The notes beneath the pieces were generated by a model, which was not told where the DNA came from, did not search any database, and was given only the letters and a program-made list of their open reading frames with translations. Positions 12,024-24,200 of a stretch of DNA of 64,000 bases are shown piece after piece; position 1 is the stretch's first letter, and every line of letters begins with the position of its first letter. The translations under genes were made by a program, and so were the position numbers. The stretch is from Chrysemys picta bellii (lineage: Eukaryota): positions 5,270,001 to 5,334,000 of the forward strand of contig NC_088797.1 of NCBI RefSeq assembly GCF_011386835.1. Direction: 5' to 3'.

Positions 12024-12604
12024 CTCTAAGGTTTCTGTATTTTGAAGGTTAACAGGGTGAATGAGATTCTTCTTTCACAGTCATGCAACTTGCCCCCTGA
12101 GACTGCACGGAGCCCACTGACTTCAATCTCATGAACAACTTGCAGGATTGGGGCCTAAGTTTGAAGGAAATTCATAACATACTATTAGAATTAAAGCGAA
12201 AACAACATTCTGTCAAGATTCTAAAAGGTCTATTCCTTTTCAGCTCTCTATCTTGGCAATTCATTCAGATTTTAAACCTGTATTTGATGGGATTATAATA
12301 CCTATTATGTGGTTCAGAGAGAACCTCTCTTTACAGAATAAAACAAAAAGAAAAAAAAAACTTTTATTAATGCTTTTAGTGTTTGTCAGTAATGTTGATG
12401 GGCAACAACAAATGCCAGCATGTATCCATTTAATCATCCAAAGCAGACATAGAAAACTTTATAACTAAACCTTTTGGCCAGGGAAAATGTTGCATGCTAG
12501 AAAATGTGAACAGGGTAACTTTTTATACGTGACTGGACTCCTGCAAACTTTAGACCTCTGCACCAAAAATATATAGTCTGTCTTATCTATTATATTTCTA
12601 TGCC

Positions 12605-12870
12605 CACCATTACCACAGTATCTGAGTGCCTGAGAATCTTTTTAATATTTATTCTCACAGCACTCCTAGAAGATGGGACAGTGCTATTATCTGAGGCACA
12701 GTGAGACCAAGGCCCAGATCCTGAAATATTTAGGCACCTAAATCCCTAAGTATTTTTGAGGATCTGGGCCTAAATGACTTGCCCAAGGTCACACAGGAAG
12801 TTTGTGACAGAACTGAGACTTGAACTTAAGTCTTAAGTCCCAGGTTAGCACCCTAACCACTGGACCATCG
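12605..12870 (-). mobile_element. MIR-like CORE-SINE interrupted by a 60-bp hairpin MITE (12711-12770)
   Basis: Core tgaggcacag...aaatgacttgcccaaggtcacacag is split by ggcccagatcct...aggatctgggcc. Confidence 0.8.
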
Positions 12871-14959
12871 TGTTTCTCAGTTGGTAGCTACTTGTCTCTC
12901 ACTCCAAGCTGCCACTCCTTTCCCTATAGTTGACACACTATATACAATCATTTTGTTCTCAGATCCTCAAGGATATTTACCAAAGGTAGAATCTCAGTGG
13001 ACCCTGTCTAGTGTTGCTTTTTAAGATTCGTATCCTTCCATGCTGAGCTTTGAAGCACTGCATGGACCACAGCAGCTAGTGTGGAGTGTGAGCCCAAGAT
13101 CTCAAACAGACTTTTGGATTGGGAGGTCTTTGGCAGCTGGGAGTGAAGACTAGACACCATTTAGCTCATAGAGTTGTATTTTAAAGTATTCTGTGTACTG
13201 GAATCTTTTCACTATGTTCAATATTTTACATGTAAGATTGTGCTGGAAATAATTCAGCACAATTATTTTTATCTATGTGGTTTATATGACAGACTGTGCT
13301 CCAGTTCATCCAACATCTTATCACCTACTGTCCATGAACCAACCAGGGATTCAATTCCCCTGCAAACCAGCTTCTTGCCGTGGGACATAACCACAACATA
13401 TTGCATTGTATTCACTAGGTACTGTTCAGAAACAATGATGCATAAAGCCTAATCCTTTTAATGTACCTTCCCAATATGAACTGGAAACCTCAGTATAGGG
13501 TAACATTCATATTCATCCTTCTTATCATAGATGTCGCTTGCCTCCCCATACTGGGGGGAGAGGAGACACAATCTAAAGGGAAGGACACGCCCCATGTGTC
13601 TCCTCTGCCCAGCAACCCCCCCACCACAGGACCTCTGCGCTCTCCCTGCCCCACTAGAGTTATCTGCGGGTGGGGGACTCTATCTTTTTCCTGGTGCACC
13701 TCCCCTCCAGCATGTTTGGCCACTCTCCCTGGCAACCAGGCCTGGCTGGGGAGCGGGATGGAAGCGTTTCTCACACGGCTGAAGCTGGCCACTCCGGATC
13801 GCTGAGTCTGTGCAGCACAGCAGCTGCTTGTGAGAGCCTCGCTAGTGAGGTGGTGTCGGCAGGCTGCCCCGGGCACGGCTGCCTGGGACAGTGGCCAAGC
13901 AAGCCAGAAACATGAGAACGGGGACTCCGGCTCGCTTGGCCTCTATCTCCGATAGCCGGGCCTTGGCGGGGGGTAGCCTGCCACCACTTCCCCAGCCAGG
14001 CTCACTCTCAGGCAGCTGCCACGCTGCACAGAGCAGCGACCCGGAGCAGCCGGCGTGAGAAGCAGCTAGTCCCACCCCTTCCACTCCCCACCCAGGCACC
14101 GGTAACTGATAGTGGTAAACTTACGAGCATCTTTTTGCTAATTTCATTTTAGACAGAACTTTAGTTATTGTAGTATTTTTAATTTAATTTTAGTATTTAC
14201 AAATACGGACACTGTGGTGGGATGGGGAGTTGTTAAAGATGTCTGCCATTGGCATCGATATAGTACTTACATGTGCACTAACATTCATCAATGTATAAAA
14301 CCCTTCCAGAGTGGTTAGGGGAGAAAATTCTATTTGGTTATTACATACGTTCGTGTCTTGCCTACCCTGGAATGCTCTGTCGTGACAAAAGAGCTAATGG
14401 AATTATGACATCACAAGATTGGAGGCAGAGTAATTGAGAGAGAAAGGGCACTTTGCTTAGACAGTTTAACAAAACAGACACAAGCAAACAATTTTAATGT
14501 CTACTTAAATTTTGATGTCTAATGAACACATGAGGTGCCATACTTTCACCCTGTTCTTTCAGTAAATTCATGCGCGCACACATTATACATGTGAGGTTCC
14601 CCATCCCCAAGAAGTCCTCCGAAAAAAAGAGAGAAGACCAGGCTTGACACACTTGATATTTTGAAGAGAAAAAACATACATGGAAAAAGAAACATTTTAG
14701 GCGTTCTCTGTATATCCTGTTGATAGGGTGGTCCCTGGGTGCCGCCTTCAGTCATTTACAGTGGTTTACAGATAACCTGCAATAAATGAAGCATAAGGGA
14801 AGACATCATTTGTGGTGGAACGCTTGGACTGACTCGGATGTCTCATAAAGAATTTTTGAATTCTTATGCCATGGTTGAAGAAGAGGTTCTTTGTCTCCAC
14901 TATAGCATCCACAAAGTCTGCCAGTGGATTTTTTTTTCTAGCTGATTGAACTCAGTGGC

Positions 14960-15945
14960 TGATTAGAGTCCCTACAATCACGAGGAAATTTCGGATTACT
15001 TTGTGGACAAAATTGAGTAGATTCAGCTGTCTGCTTGGTGGCTGTAGAGTCAGATCTGAAGGGGACAAATGTTAGGTTTTATTGGATTGAGTTTAGGACA
15101 GTAATGCTCACTGACATAGTGCTGGGGATACTTCATGTCACAACTTGTCCACTGAATCTATGTTCTTCCAGTCTGGTAATAGCCAGTGGAAAAGTACTAA
15201 GTCCTTAAGAATGGAGATTAACTCCTCCCTTGGGAAGGGCTGGTTGCCATTTTTATTTAGACCTTGTCTTCACTAGAAAATTAAAACACAGTCTTGAGGA
15301 ATCATATCCACTAATATGACTTTGCAGTTAGCATAGACAGGACAAGTTTTGTTTAATATGTCAACTGGCTGTGATTAAACTCTACTGGAACTATAGGTTT
15401 AATCATTGCCAGCTGACAAGATGTTAAACACAGCTTGTTCCTATCTGTATCCACTGCAAAGTCACGTTTAATACCATGATAGTTAACATGATTCCACAAG
15501 GTTATTCTAAAGCTACCTAATTTTCTAGTAAAGCAAGCCCATGAAGAAGTTATGATGTCACATTTGCTCAAGGAGTCAACACTCAACGCTCACAATATGG
15601 CTAACTGTCCGGTATTGAAACTCATATTTCTTTTTAATAATATAGAGAAGGTTGTGGCAAAACAACTCTAGAATATCTAGATGCTTCAGATCTCCTTGTC
15701 AATCAGGGTACAGACATGGATATGAGATGGAACTGCATTGGTAGGTGGGTGAAGATGGGTGTCCTTTCTGATGATAGATCTATCAGCAGCTTGCTGTACT
15801 GTTCCCCATCAGGTGTTGCTGAATCACCTGTATACTTCAGTGCAAGTGGATGGTGCTGCCTTGGGTGGCACTATTTTTGCTTTGAAGAGCGTTCCTAGAA
15901 GGTGGTTGAGACAGTTGCACTTCCTTAAAGGTGCTGTCATGTGAA
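14960..15945 (+). mobile_element. L2-clade LINE RT fragment, interrupted by a palindromic MITE
   Basis: EEISDYFVDKIE-like codons near 14985; IDLSAA..TVPHQVLL..L...VDGAAL in ORF 15759-15944. Confidence 0.72.
15260..15540. mobile_element. Palindromic Harbinger-type MITE
   Basis: Ends gaccttgtcttcactagaaaatt / aattttctagtaaagcaagccc; inner arms gactttgcag/ctgcaaagtc and gattaaac/gtttaatc. Confidence 0.7.
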
Positions 15946-15961
15946 GTTCAATAGGACTTAT

Positions 15962-16005
15962 CCTGTTGTTTTTGCTGATACAGATTAACACGGCTGCTAC
16001 TCTGA
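15962..16005 (+). mobile_element. Severely 5'-truncated Penelope-like insertion
   Basis: Only the family 3' tail (tgttgtttttgctgatacagattaacacggctgctactctga), between 12-bp direct repeats aataggacttat (15950-15961, 16006-16017). Confidence 0.75.
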
Positions 16006-16131
16006 AATAGGACTTATTGTATCTCCCCTTCTTTTCTGTGCGTATGGGGCTGCTAGGAGGGTTAGTTAAAAGGTATTTGCTGCAGTGCCTCCAGTGTGCC
16101 TATGACACTTTTATATCACCTGATCCAATCA

Positions 16132-16220
16132 GTGTATGTGTACACTGCAGTTAGACCCCCGCTGCAGCCCGAGCACCCTCAGCCTGAGTCAGGGTTTTTA
16201 ATTGCAGCGTAAACATACCC
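16132..16220. mobile_element. Short Harbinger-type MITE
   Basis: Ends gtgtatgtgtacactgcagtta / taattgcagcgtaaacataccc; its right TIR was duplicated as the TSD of the adjacent insertion. Confidence 0.6.
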
Positions 16221-16427
16221 AAAAACAACAAGGAGTCTGGTGGCACCTTAAAGACTAACAGATTTATTTGGGCATAAGCTTTCGTGAGTTAAAACCTCAC
16301 TTCTTCGGATGCAGAGTTTTTAACTCACGAAAGCTTATGCCCAAATAAATCTGTTAGTCTTTAAGGTGCCACCAGACTCCTTGTTGTTTTTGTAGATACA
16401 GACTAACACGGCTACCCCCTGATACTT
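16221..16427 (+). mobile_element. Penelope-like fold-back element
   Basis: Perfect 74-bp inverted arms (16221-16294 / 16318-16391) plus family 3' tail; 12-bp TSD gtaaacataccc (16209-16220, 16428-16439). Confidence 0.85.
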
Positions 16428-19400
16428 GTAAACATACCCGTCGTCCAGACTCTAAAGCTCAATCCAAATGAGACGGGGCAATATTAGCAGGTTGGGGGAA
16501 CAACTGGAAGATATAGTGCTGATTAGGAAGCCCAAGCAAAAAGTTAAGTTTTATTCGGTTGAGTGTTGAGATGAGTTGGTTTCAAATTCTATGGAGGGCT
16601 CGGTTGAGATGATTTTTGTTTTGTTAAATCATGTCAAAGGTTCCAGATAGGCCCTTGTTTGCAAATATTTTGTGTATATTTTTATTAAATTGAAATAAAC
16701 TACATGAGCAAAAAAGGCACAACAGTCTTAAAAACAGCCTTTGCACGTCACATTTAATATTTTATCAGGAAAATTTCCTCTGCATATCTCATTTTATGTT
16801 AATGGGATGTTAAGATTCAGACATCATACAAAGTGCTTCAAGGGCCTATGAGTCTTTTGGATAGAATAAAACAGTTACAGGTGGACAATAAAGGTGAGTT
16901 ATGGTGCTTTAAAAATCATAAGTGTTTCTATTAAACAGTTTGAAAAATCTTGTGTTCAGAGATGATGCTACTTATAAGGTTATCTATAGTGTCTACTTTC
17001 ATTCTCTCCATCCCTGTTGTTTCTTATTTGAAACCCAGGTTTTGATTATGACATCACAATTATTGCAGAGGAGATGATTGTGGTGCTACAAATAGAATGT
17101 CATGTTAGATTGTAAGCTAGGACTGTGTCTTCCTTTCTGTCTGGACAGTACTCAGCCTGTTTTGGGGGTACTATAATAATATAAGCCTGATCTTGCAAGA
17201 TATCTAGTGCCTCCGTGGGAGTCAAGGATATTGAGTACCTCAAACCCTACAAGGAGCAAGAACGACGAGTGCTTAATTTCTCTTTCATACACATGTGATC
17301 ACCAAAAAGTCACCATTAGCCAGCAGTTGCCACAAGGTAGTATCGGAAATTAGAACAGATTTCCCCTATACTTAGAATAGGAGATATCCGATAAAGCTTG
17401 GCAAATGTTGCCTTCTCAGTGGCTTCTGCTGTATTCTTAAACAACCACAAAAGCTCAGGCAAAGGCAAATAGCTCAGAAAATATGGTATTTAAATATAGT
17501 GTTCCTGTAACAATTTATAACATCCTCAAACGTGTAAACAATGCAGAAAAAAAATGTCACCTCAATCAAAAGTTATCCTAAAATTGCCATCTTCAAAAAT
17601 GATTTTGAAAGCTATTTCTTTCATTGTAATGCACCTAGGAAAGAAGATGCACATAGTGATTTCTATCTCCCTCCTCTGTACACATATGCTTGTGGCAGTA
17701 ATGGCCAAAGTGCAGACTCGGGCCAGATCTGACTTTTATCACTTACAAGTTACTATGCAGCCAAACTCAGAACACAACCCAGCACCCAAAATGCTTAAAT
17801 GTATGGTACAACACCTAGGCCAAAGTGTAACAGCTAAGTATACAATCTCTCATTTTGGTGTGTTTGTCATAAGTTAATAGGAACAAAGATACCCTTGGGA
17901 TAAGGAAGAAATAATAAAGATGGGAGTGGTAGGTTTTAGGCAAAGAGTCAGAGGATTGAGGGCAGCACAGAGTATCAGTGAAAGTGTGTATGAAGGAGTC
18001 TGGAGAATTGTCGTTTAGAACCTAAAATCTATAATAACTACAAGCATATGGGCAAAGTTTTATCATCCCCAAAGCATAGAAATATTTGATTAATAATCAC
18101 TGCCTTTTATTCCAATTGTCCAAATGTTCTCTTTATTTGCAAGATGCTAGAAATTAAACTTTTTCTTCCTTTTTGAATGGAAGACAAGCTATAGCTACTG
18201 TGGAAGGTGCCGGTATGTACAAAGCCCTCTTTGCTGTTTCTCAGTGCTTTTGCAGTGGGGTAGGAGACAGCACAAGGAATGGATGCAGTAAATTAATATT
18301 TATACGTTGCAAGATTTCTCCAACATATGCTAAAACCTGGTAAAATGAATTCACTCTCTAGTGTAGGACAGCAGAAATGAACGTACAAGAGCCAGGGAGT
18401 TTTATTGCAGTCAAAATACTTCCCTCTGCTGGAAAGCTTTTAAATCTAAAGTTATCCTGGCAAATGAATTATATGAATGCTGTTCCCCCCTCCCCCACCT
18501 GTTTCCCTCTCCCACTCCCCCCAAAAAAGTATTTAATGGTTGCAGCTGTATTGTACAACAGGACTGTATGGCGTAATGGATTGGCAATGAAAATTCTGGA
18601 TAACTATCTCAAAGTTACAAATCAGAAATATCTAATTTGAATTCTGTTTGGTGTGTGTGAAATGAGCTATTAGTCTCAATATGTTTCCTAATGGGAAAAA
18701 CCCACATTCTAAAAATACTTTGTTACCCATTTGTATTCTTGAGGATAGCTTCAGCCGAGACCATAGATAATGAACTGTCCTCTCACCCCTTGATTATAAT
18801 CCCACCAAAACAGAGTTGAAGCAGAGCATTGTGTAGAAATACTTGGACTGCTGATGCTTTTGGTATGCCTTTTCTGGGAATAAAAAGAACTTCATTTTTG
18901 TGTATCTGGTACCTTTCACCAACTACATTTATATTAAGAAATGTGTTATTTTTTTAACGGCTTCCCAAACAAAACAAATTTATTTGCAGCACTAAAATAC
19001 AATACTTACGCAGCGTTTGTTTTTATAGAGTCTATGCTAAGTATTGTGACCTCTTAAACTCTGTGTTTGAGCAGTTTTGAATGGTAGGTGCCGTGAGCAT
19101 TGTTTGGACTAACTTCTGTGGCACTCTGGTATGGCAGATCAAAAATACTGTGCCAACTTCCATTCAAATAAAAAATGGATGTTTATAATGAGTCAAACAC
19201 GAAAAATGAGTAATTCAGCAATAATAGTAGTCATGTTTGGTTTTTTTATGTCAAATGCAATTTATTTGCTGTTGTTCAGACTCCATTTTCATTATGCCAC
19301 AGATTTTTGTATTGATAATTCATAAATTACGTAGATGTTGTCAGTGGGGAAGCTGGAGATCTGCAAGTTGAGTAAGGGATAGCTGGGGTTTTGAGGCCTG

Positions 19401-20725
19401 GTCCTGCACCATAAAAGTCCTAGGGAGTTTTGCCATTGACTTCACCGAGCATGCATGATCAAGCCCCTGGGTAGGTGTAAAAGGTGGGTTGAGATTGTGG
19501 GTCAAGCCCATTAGCTAGAACTTTGTGATCAAATGATGAGCAGTGAACAATGATATTAACAGTGATGATACTTATATTGTCATCTCCAGGTTTCACAACA
19601 ATCAGTGCATTGAAATATGTAGTCTGGTTGACACCTCAGAGCTATTGTTACATGTACAGAAACAGAACCTGCACCAATTTGTTTTCATTCTAGCTTATAA
19701 GGTTATTTTCAGAACCATAAGGCTAGATATCTTTTTAAAAAAATTAAAGATTTAAATTCTGCAACATAGTTCTGTGGCAAGGGAAGGATTTTGCAACAAG
19801 TGCTCTGGTTATGAATCTGAAAGTTCACTGAGCCCTGCTGTAACACTTTTCAAGGAGTGTCAAATTTGAGGCAGACATAACTTTATATTGTATAGCTAGC
19901 TTTCTTTGATCTTTAAGTTTAAAGATAGCAGCGTCATTGGTGAATGGAAAGAGTACAAATGGGAAGCCACCACATTTCAGTGGCTAACAAGCAGTGGTAG
20001 TCTGGGTTGGTAGTAATTTATAAATGGATCAGAAAAAGTAGAGGAAAAATTAGAATTAATTTATATCAAAGTGTTATATCTGCTGAATATTGGTGTGTTT
20101 GTTTTTTATTTTTAATTTTCAGCAATTATAAGTATGTATCAAAAAGCAAATTAGTGAGATTGAAGCATTGTTTAATTGAAATTGCTCAAGGCAATTCATA
20201 GTTTCTTCAACTCAGAAAGTAAGTAACACTTTTTGGGTCTGCTCTCTGAGTTATTCTCCTTATTAGGGAAAGGACAGGGTACCATTTATGTTCATCTTTC
20301 ATAGCAGGTGGTGCTGTAAATGAGCCTACCGGGGAAAAGATGGCTGACTTTTTGTTGTTGTTGAAGTAGTTCCCCTTAAAAACAGATCCATTTGAGTTAG
20401 GAATAGCCATGTTTCCCTAATTCAGGAGCTCTGCAAAGGAGGAAAAATGGCTACATTTTAATAGGATATTTCAGTATGGCAGAAAATATCCCCACCATCC
20501 AGTTTCAATGCATATTAGATTAATATGGGCATCCACCAAGTAAAACAATTCTGGAAAGCAGCTCTCAAATTAATGAATTTTATTTCACTTTTACCAGAAA
20601 AATCTTAAAATTGTCTCTTTCCTCCTTGCAATTGAGCTATTCTGAAATGCACTAAAGTAGTTTGACTGGCCTCCATGCAAGTAGTATGCTTCAGTATGAC
20701 CATGACCTTGTTAGGGCCTCTAGGT

Positions 20726-20944
20726 CAGGGGTTCTCAAACTGGTGGTTGGAACCCCTTGGGGGTCGTGAGGTTATTACATGGGGGGTCGCGAGCTGTCAG
20801 CCTCCATCCCAAATCTTGCTTTGCCTCCGGCATTTATAATGGTGTTAAATATATTTTAAAATGTTTTTAATTTATAAGGTGGGGTCACACTCAGAGGCTT
20901 GCTATGTGAAAGGGGTCACCAGTACAAAAGTTTGAGAACCACTG
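20726..20944. mobile_element. hAT MITE, same family as 11828
   Basis: TIRs caggggttctcaaact / agtttgagaaccactg; TSD ctctaggt / tctaggt (1-bp loss). Confidence 0.9.
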
Positions 20945-23139
20945 TCTAGGTGCTATTGGAACACAAGTAATAAAATGTATTAACAGCATACATATAAATA
21001 ATATAATTTTTGCTTTCAGTACGTTTCTTTTTAGCTGTTTTATTTTTTGAAATGCAGGATCTGTGCTTCAGAGTGGAAATATTTAAACTCAAATACACTC
21101 CTTCTTTAAGGTAGACTGAAGGCAGCCTCTTCTTGCTGGTACTGAATGAAAATATTTGGGAGGAGAGGCTTAAGTGAATTTCCAGTCAGAATGCTTTTAT
21201 TTCATGAAGGTAGTTTCAAGAAGAATTTCAGAAAACCATTTCCCTAATGCTTGTTCTGTTTTGTTTATACAAGACACATTCAACCAAAGCAACCATTTAT
21301 AAGCCATTCCTATTAAGTGGCATCTACCATATACTGTATTCAGTATTTTGAGGGGAAAAATATAGGCTACATTCAGTGTGTGTGTGTGTATCACTTGGAA
21401 GTCAATGCAGTCTATGTTAGTCCATCTGATTGCAGAGTTCGGCCCTAAGCGTTTTGTTTTATTTGTAGCTAAATTGTTGGAGTGATGCATTTATTTCTAA
21501 TTATGATATTGTCTAAAATATATCTAATAAATATAATTTTGATTTGAGTAAATATTGCTTTGTATGTAGGCTGGATAAAGGGCCCTCAGAATATATATTT
21601 GTTTATCCTACAGAAATAGATTTAAATGGAAGAAATTTCTTTAAAATACAGTAGCTGACTAGGTCAGTCAGCTGTCTGATTTGTCATGGTGACTCAGACA
21701 GGGCTTATGCTAGAACTTTCAGAGGAAGAGGAGGAACTCCAAAAGTACGTGGCCTGTTGTGGAGTATTGTGGGGAAAATTTCTTCTGACTCCATGTGATA
21801 ATCCGCTTTTGTCATGAAGTGTGAATGTCGGTACTCCTTTGTTTATTTTTATAACAGAAGAGTATCTGCAGTTGCTTTTTATGATTCGATTTTAGTGATC
21901 TTGAAAAGTTCTCTATTTATCCATAGAATAGGAACCGCACAGAAAGAGACTTCAGACTTCTCCACACTACTCTGCCAATGTACCTCACCTATGACCTGCA
22001 GATCACCTCTAGAGTAGAAAGGGTTAGTTGTCTCTGTAATAATTTAATTCCTTACTGCTGACACTGTCAGTAAAGGTGCCACAGATGATTTTTGTGATGC
22101 AGAGACATACGTATCCACTGGGAAACAGACCAACATCATTTTCAGGCTACTTGAATATCCTTAGATTAAAATACGGAGACTTGATAGTGAGATACATAAT
22201 TATGAGTTTTATTGATCGTTTAGAGAGATTTTTGAATCTCAACTAAAACAGTTCCTGCTCTCCTAAGACTAGTGTTGAAGGGATATGGACTACAGGAAAT
22301 GACTGTATCATCTTTTCCTTGCAATAGTGTTGTGTGGCTGTACAGGAACACCGCTTTTGACAGAAGCATTTTGCAATGTGCACATTATTGCTATGGTCAG
22401 AAGCCATGTTTTCTGGGACTCCTAAAGAATCTAACCTAAAATGCTCATCACTGTTGCTGGAAACAAAAGCTTATGAGTAATTTCCAAATATGAAACATTG
22501 CATTGTGGGACAGAGTTCAGAAGACTGGCTGAACAAGTTCAACTGCGGTGATTTTGGCTTCTTGCCTGCATTGGAGAGAAACCATTATAGACTGCGCTTG
22601 TCTTCAGGCAGATTTCAGCTAAGGACCTCAACCTAGATGCTGTAACCAATGCCAAAATGCACGCACACACAATAGCTGTGCCAGGCAAAGCATTCTATAG
22701 AGGTGGTTGTAAATTTAAGTTGTGTAATTCAAGCAATGACTTGCTGTAGTTATCTTTTGTTTAGTATAGAACAGAGCGTACATTGTTTGTTTTCAATAAT
22801 ATTGTGAGACAGTAAGTTCCACAAGTTCATACTGCAGAAATAAGTTTACTTTTCCATGTTACATTGTTCCTTTTCTAATTTCATTGAGTGTTGTCTCATA
22901 CTGTTGGACGCAGTCAGTCAGAGTATCGTGTTGTCCTTCGCAATGTGATTTGTGATCTTTATATACCCATATAATACCTCCTCTTGAACTTCCTTACAAA
23001 TGAGGTCCTAAGCCTGCATTGTGATGTGTTCAGGAAACTGGCACTCGCGCGTAGAGACCCAGTGAAATCTAGGGAGCGCTGCAGGACTCACATCTCTGGA
23101 TCAGGGCCTAGGTGTTCCTAATCCACTTTAATCTGCATA

Positions 23140-23660
23140 TGGAAGCCTTTCTCTGTTGCCTCACTTTTGTTGCTCATTTCTGTTCCTGCTGCATCCTTTT
23201 AGATGCAAGATGTCTACAACTGAATGCTGTGTTCAATTTGAGGTCATACCATATATTTCTATAACAGTATGGTATTTTGTTTCCTATCCCATTCTTAAAG
23301 TTGACATATAGAAGGGGAGGAAAGGGCCTCTTTTCTACTTAATGATGTGTAAAGGTGGGATGTGTATTTTAAGTCTTTTTTTCTTGTTTCTAAATTTTAA
23401 ATATGTTTTTGTCTTCCCGGTTTTTATGGGAGGATTACAGAAGTGGAGGGGAAGCTTATTCAGTCTTCAGCAGGAGATGCAGGGAACATTAGACAAGGGA
23501 AGAAAGGTATTCCACTCTCCCCCCTCCCCAAGTGCTTGTCAAGAGTTTGTAATCATAGCCAATAAAACCAAAGTTTTATGCAATCTGGATAAATTCCCTT
23601 CTCCTTCAATTGACCAGATTTCAATATTTAGTCCTGTCATAATTGTACTAGTTCTTTAAT
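23140..23660 (-). mobile_element. Old CR1 fragments
   Basis: Reverse-complement CR1 RT-like segments at about 23160-23300 and 23550-23650. Confidence 0.5.
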
Positions 23661-24098
23661 CATCTATATAGTCTGCACCAAAAACAGGGAAGTCAAAAGC
23701 CTGAGATTTCTAATTAAAAACAAGCAGGAAATTTTTTTTAAAAAGCAAATCTTTTCAGACTTTCCTTCTACATCACAGTATAATCTAAGGTTTTTATTTT
23801 TTTATTTTTGAATAACGTGTTATGTAAAAACATATCCCAATGGTGGTTCTTCCTGAGACATTCCCACTCCCATCTGTGGCGTCTCTTCTGCGTAAGCTGG
23901 TTCCATTATTTTAAGAACATTTAATGTATAATGTTTAGGAGAGAGAGAGTTCAAAGTGCTAAAAAACATGCTGTTGTAAAGTGTATGGAAGCGGTGCTGA
24001 AATGGGAATGGAGAGGTGCTGACACAAGGAACAGATGATGTGAAAGGGCAAAAACTAAATTTCTCCCTTTAAATCTTTGAAGTTACAGCACAACAGTT

Positions 24099-24200
24099 TT
24101 CAGAGTAGCAGCCGTGTTAGTCTGTATCCGCAAAAAGAACAGGAGTACTTGTGGCACCTTAGAGACTAACAAATTTATTAGAGCATAAGCTTTCATGGAC
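24099..24200 (-). mobile_element. Truncated Penelope-like insertion
   Basis: Reverse complement of the family tail and arm; flanked by direct repeat tacagcacaacagtt (24084-24098, 24201-24215), part of which may be microhomology. Confidence 0.8.

Noticed and set aside
14402-17061. 15-mer attatgacatcacaa occurring twice (14402 and 17046)
   Set aside because: About one or two such matches are expected by chance in 64 kb of AT-rich DNA.
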